The notes below the pieces were generated by a model. That model was not told where the DNA came from. It did no database searches and saw only the letters and a program-made list of their open reading frames with translations. Below are positions 63,388-64,000 of a DNA stretch of 64,000 nucleotides, one piece after another (the stretch's first letter is position 1; each line of letters opens with the position of its first letter). The DNA is from a candidate division FCPU426 bacterium (lineage in GTDB: Bacteria; Oederibacteriota; Muellerivitia; Muellerivitales; Muellerivitaceae). Made by a program: the position numbers and the translations under genes. The stretch lies in NCBI GenBank assembly GCA_963719085.1, contig CAVRAL010000001.1, forward strand, positions 1,120,001 to 1,184,000, given 5' to 3'.

Positions 63388-64000
63388 GTGCGGACCCAAA
63401 TCCCATTCGGGCGGTTTTGCGCCTTGGCGTTCTTCGCCGCCCTAGGCCTGTTAACGCCCTGGGCCTGCGCGCCCCGAGCCCTCCTCCAATCCGAGCCTCC
63501 CGCGGGAACAACCCAGGTGACGACGAAGCCTATCCCTTCGCCCGCGCCCACGGCCGCCTATGTCCCCTCGGACCTACCGCCGGAATTAACCACCGGACAA
63601 TTATTCGGCTTCCGCCAGCCTCCCCATTTAACCGCCGACCCCGAAACTGGAAAAATGGCCCAAGCCCAAGTCATCGCGGCCTACGAGCGTTTGAAAAGCA
63701 CCGCCGCCCAAAACGGATGGCACCTAATCCTGGTTTCGGGCTACCGCTCCTATTGGCACCAGGTGCAGGTTTGGAACGACCGTTATCACCAGGTCTCGCC
63801 TGACGGCAAACTTCCCGAGGCCGAGCGGTTAAGGGCGGTCATGGCTTACGTGGATCTGCCCGGACTTTCCCGGCATCAATGGGGCACGGAACTGGACATT
63901 TCGGAAGAAAGCCTGCGGGGACAACTGTTACACCAATCCGACGACCTACCCGAACGGATCAAACAATTTTACAAATGGATGGACGAGAATGCCCCCACCT
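63388..64000 (+). CDS. VanY/M15B D-Ala-D-Ala carboxypeptidase-like lipoprotein, runs off the right edge
   Basis: Manual translation from GTG 63388: lipobox-like PWAC, LVSGYRSY, PGLSRHQWGTELD, WMDENAP. Confidence 0.85.
   Translation, partial: MRTQIPFGRFCALAFFAALGLLTPWACAPRALLQSEPPAGTTQVTTKPIPSPAPTAAYVPSDLPPELTTGQLFGFRQPPHLTADPETGKMAQAQVIAAYERLKSTAAQNGWHLILVSGYRSYWHQVQVWNDRYHQVSPDGKLPEAERLRAVMAYVDLPGLSRHQWGTELDISEESLRGQLLHQSDDLPERIKQFYKWMDENAPT

Overview
Bacterial chromosomal window from a GC-rich diderm (it carries a TonB-dependent receptor and lipoproteins). Left part (1-18.9 kb), mostly signalling and stress genes: cheA-cheW, then a TonB-dependent receptor-YfiR-CHASE/HAMP chemoreceptor operon, each unit behind a sigma54-type promoter with matching upstream boxes; trxA; an ECF41-like sigma factor facing a yciI-doxX-doxX-DUF1801-MFS operon through two face-to-face TGTCACA-N16-CGTC promoters; a catalase-like protein; a GAF-GGDEF protein; an AraC regulator; a secreted GH16-malectin glycanase; a broken TauE/SafE gene. 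Middle (about 19.2-39.5 kb): an AT-rich island integrated at tRNA-Leu(CAA) and bounded by a decayed ~105-bp direct repeat. It carries a dead IS3-family element and a three-gene cluster: a 268-aa exported protein, a signal-peptide-bearing Rhs protein and a 3454-aa multi-propeller/malectin protein with a T9SS-like C-terminal domain. Right part (39.6-64 kb), housekeeping: RluA-family synthase, MFS, priA, peptide ABC transporter, secA, transglycosylase, ligA, nusB, rib operon, gpmA and a partial VanY-like peptidase. Several families of small inverted-repeat elements and a DUF559 cassette sit at its gene junctions. All calls come from reading the sequence and motifs; no database search was run.
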